This document shows positions 62,664 through 64,000 of a stretch of DNA of 64,000 nt, piece by piece. The stretch is from Anthoceros angustus (Eukaryota > Plantae > Anthocerotophyta): positions 1,302,001 to 1,366,000 of the forward strand of contig MU008155.1 of NCBI GenBank assembly GCA_010909165.1, read 5' to 3'. Each line of letters starts with the position of its first letter. Position 1 is the stretch's first letter. Both the position numbers and the translations under genes were made by a program. The notes under the pieces were generated by a model. The model made no database searches. It had not been told where the DNA came from and was given only the letters and a program-made list of their open reading frames with translations.

Positions 62664-63635
62664 CTATTGAGGTCTGTCGGCGTAAACACAAAGGCAAAGG
62701 TTGCCCCAACAACCAAAGCATGCCCTTTCCTCGCCGATGCAGTGACAACACTTCACAATCAAATCACATGCTTCCATGACATGGAAGATCCTTCCATTCG
62801 ACGGAAATCGGCATATGCAATGAAATGGTGGCAATGGTCGATACGAAGGGATCTTGTGTTGGAAGCCCACACACCACTGTCTGTCAACCTCCTTCTTCAG
62901 AATGGCGAGCTTCCCACCAACCTTGGATGCTGCAGACACCAATCCTACCACACCCTTTTCAGGCCCTGTCCACAACGTCATGCACTCCTCATCCCATCTT
63001 GGCCCGACAGTGCGCTCAAGCATTTGCCATCCGTGGTCGCTCCACTTCACCCACCGCAACTCGCTCAGGATGTCTTCCTTCAAACTGTTTTCGGCGGTTA
63101 AACGTCTTGCCGGCTGCGGCTCGTCCAAGAAGCAAGGTGCGAGCTCTATAACTCGGATGTCATATCGGTTTGCGGCAACAATGAAACATGTTGATGGAGT
63201 GCACACTTCCACGGTGGTGGCAATCGCTTTGAGGTATTCCCGCTTCTTCATCTCATCCGATGTCGACGACAAAGTCGAATCTCTCCGCTGCTTCCATGAT
63301 GCCCTTGCCCAACCGGGATCACATCCCACATACCAAGGCTTGGGGATCTTCCACTTGTCCTTCACGCACATTCCGGGGGGCATCATTGGTTGATAACGGA
63401 TCAACCAATTCTTCTTCTCCGAGGTGAATAGGCCAGACGGCCCTACAAGTTGGAATGCCCACCATTCGCGCCCAGAGGGGCCGAATTGCAGTGGTGGGAC
63501 GTCCCCCAGTCGGTACGCATGTGCAACCGCGTAGTCCCAGCCAGAAAGAGCAATTGCATGATCCCACTGCCAAATTGGCTTCGCTGGAAGGCGGGCGTTG
63601 ATCATTTGCGCCCGGAGCGCGGTCATATCCCACAA
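62664..63635 (-). CDS. Hypothetical Trp-rich protein with Cys-rich C-terminus, convergent with the CACTA transposase
   Basis: 323-aa open frame ending HCIC..ACDLIVKCCHCIGEERACFGCWGNLCLC. It probably extends upstream via a frameshift into 63623-63994. Confidence 0.5.
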   Translation of the reverse strand: MWDMTALRAQMINARLPAKPIWQWDHAIALSGWDYAVAHAYRLGDVPPLQFGPSGREWWAFQLVGPSGLFTSEKKNWLIRYQPMMPPGMCVKDKWKIPKPWYVGCDPGWARASWKQRRDSTLSSTSDEMKKREYLKAIATTVEVCTPSTCFIVAANRYDIRVIELAPCFLDEPQPARRLTAENSLKEDILSELRWVKWSDHGWQMLERTVGPRWDEECMTLWTGPEKGVVGLVSAASKVGGKLAILKKEVDRQWCVGFQHKIPSYRPLPPFHCICRFPSNGRIFHVMEACDLIVKCCHCIGEERACFGCWGNLCLCVYADRPQ

Positions 63636-64000
63636 TGCGGGTCCTTCAAGCTTCTGTGCCAGCTCCCCAAACCCACCGTCGCTAGATGGGCTCTCGAAGG
63701 GCGTTCCAAGTGTTGCATCAGGCGGCGAGTCACAAGGCTCACTCTCACTGGAATGGCCAGTAGCCCAGTCATGCCAATCGCGTGCCCATCTTGGCTTTCC
63801 ATCTCAGACACCGACGGGCGCAAGGGAGTAACTGTTTGCAGCAAGTGAATGTCGGGCGGCGGCTTTGGTGATATGCAGCGCCAGCCGGCTTGGAGTGAAG
63901 GTCGAACCTCCACGTCTGCCCTGCTTCCGCCTATAGAGCGTGAACGGACTAGGTGGTACGATGCAACACCTGGCACATAGCGCACGGCTAGCAAAATAGT

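Larger units (their letters stand above)
59136..64000 (+). mobile_element. CACTA (En/Spm) transposon, left part
   Basis: TIR CACTACTACAAAAC at 59136 (left flank TGT), followed by a same-strand transposase. The right end is outside the window. Confidence 0.9.

Overview
This is plant (streptophyte) nuclear DNA, most likely from a non-seed lineage (inferred from the PHD-tailed gypsy integrase and GC-rich repeats). It is almost entirely nested transposable elements surrounding one intact host gene, a 6-exon cyclin T1-like gene on the minus strand (41848-39005, about 302 aa). The recognisable elements are: (1) a gypsy integrase remnant ending in a PHD finger; (2) a copia RNase H fragment; (3) three related LTRs that carry internal tandem arrays; (4) a complete 10.9-kb CACTA element (12989-23855) with a divergent multi-ORF module upstream of its transposase; (5) orphan CACTA ends; (6) an L1 LINE 3' fragment; (7) a 12.1-kb element (44948-57094) with a MULE-like DDE/SWIM transposase remnant but short 34-35-bp TIRs and only a 4-bp flanking duplication; (8) a 2.7-kb solo-LTR-like unit nested in it that carries a coiled-coil ORF upstream of its TATA box; and (9) a second CACTA from 59136 that runs off the window and has a convergent Trp/Cys-rich ORF. 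The best novelty candidate is a recurring pattern: DNA transposons and LTRs carrying unknown accessory ORFs. TE reading frames are riddled with 1-bp deletions while the single-copy gene is frame-perfect, so many 'pseudogene' calls may be assembly artefacts. All domain calls come from by-eye motif recognition; no database searches were run. I saw no rRNA, tRNA or CRISPR.
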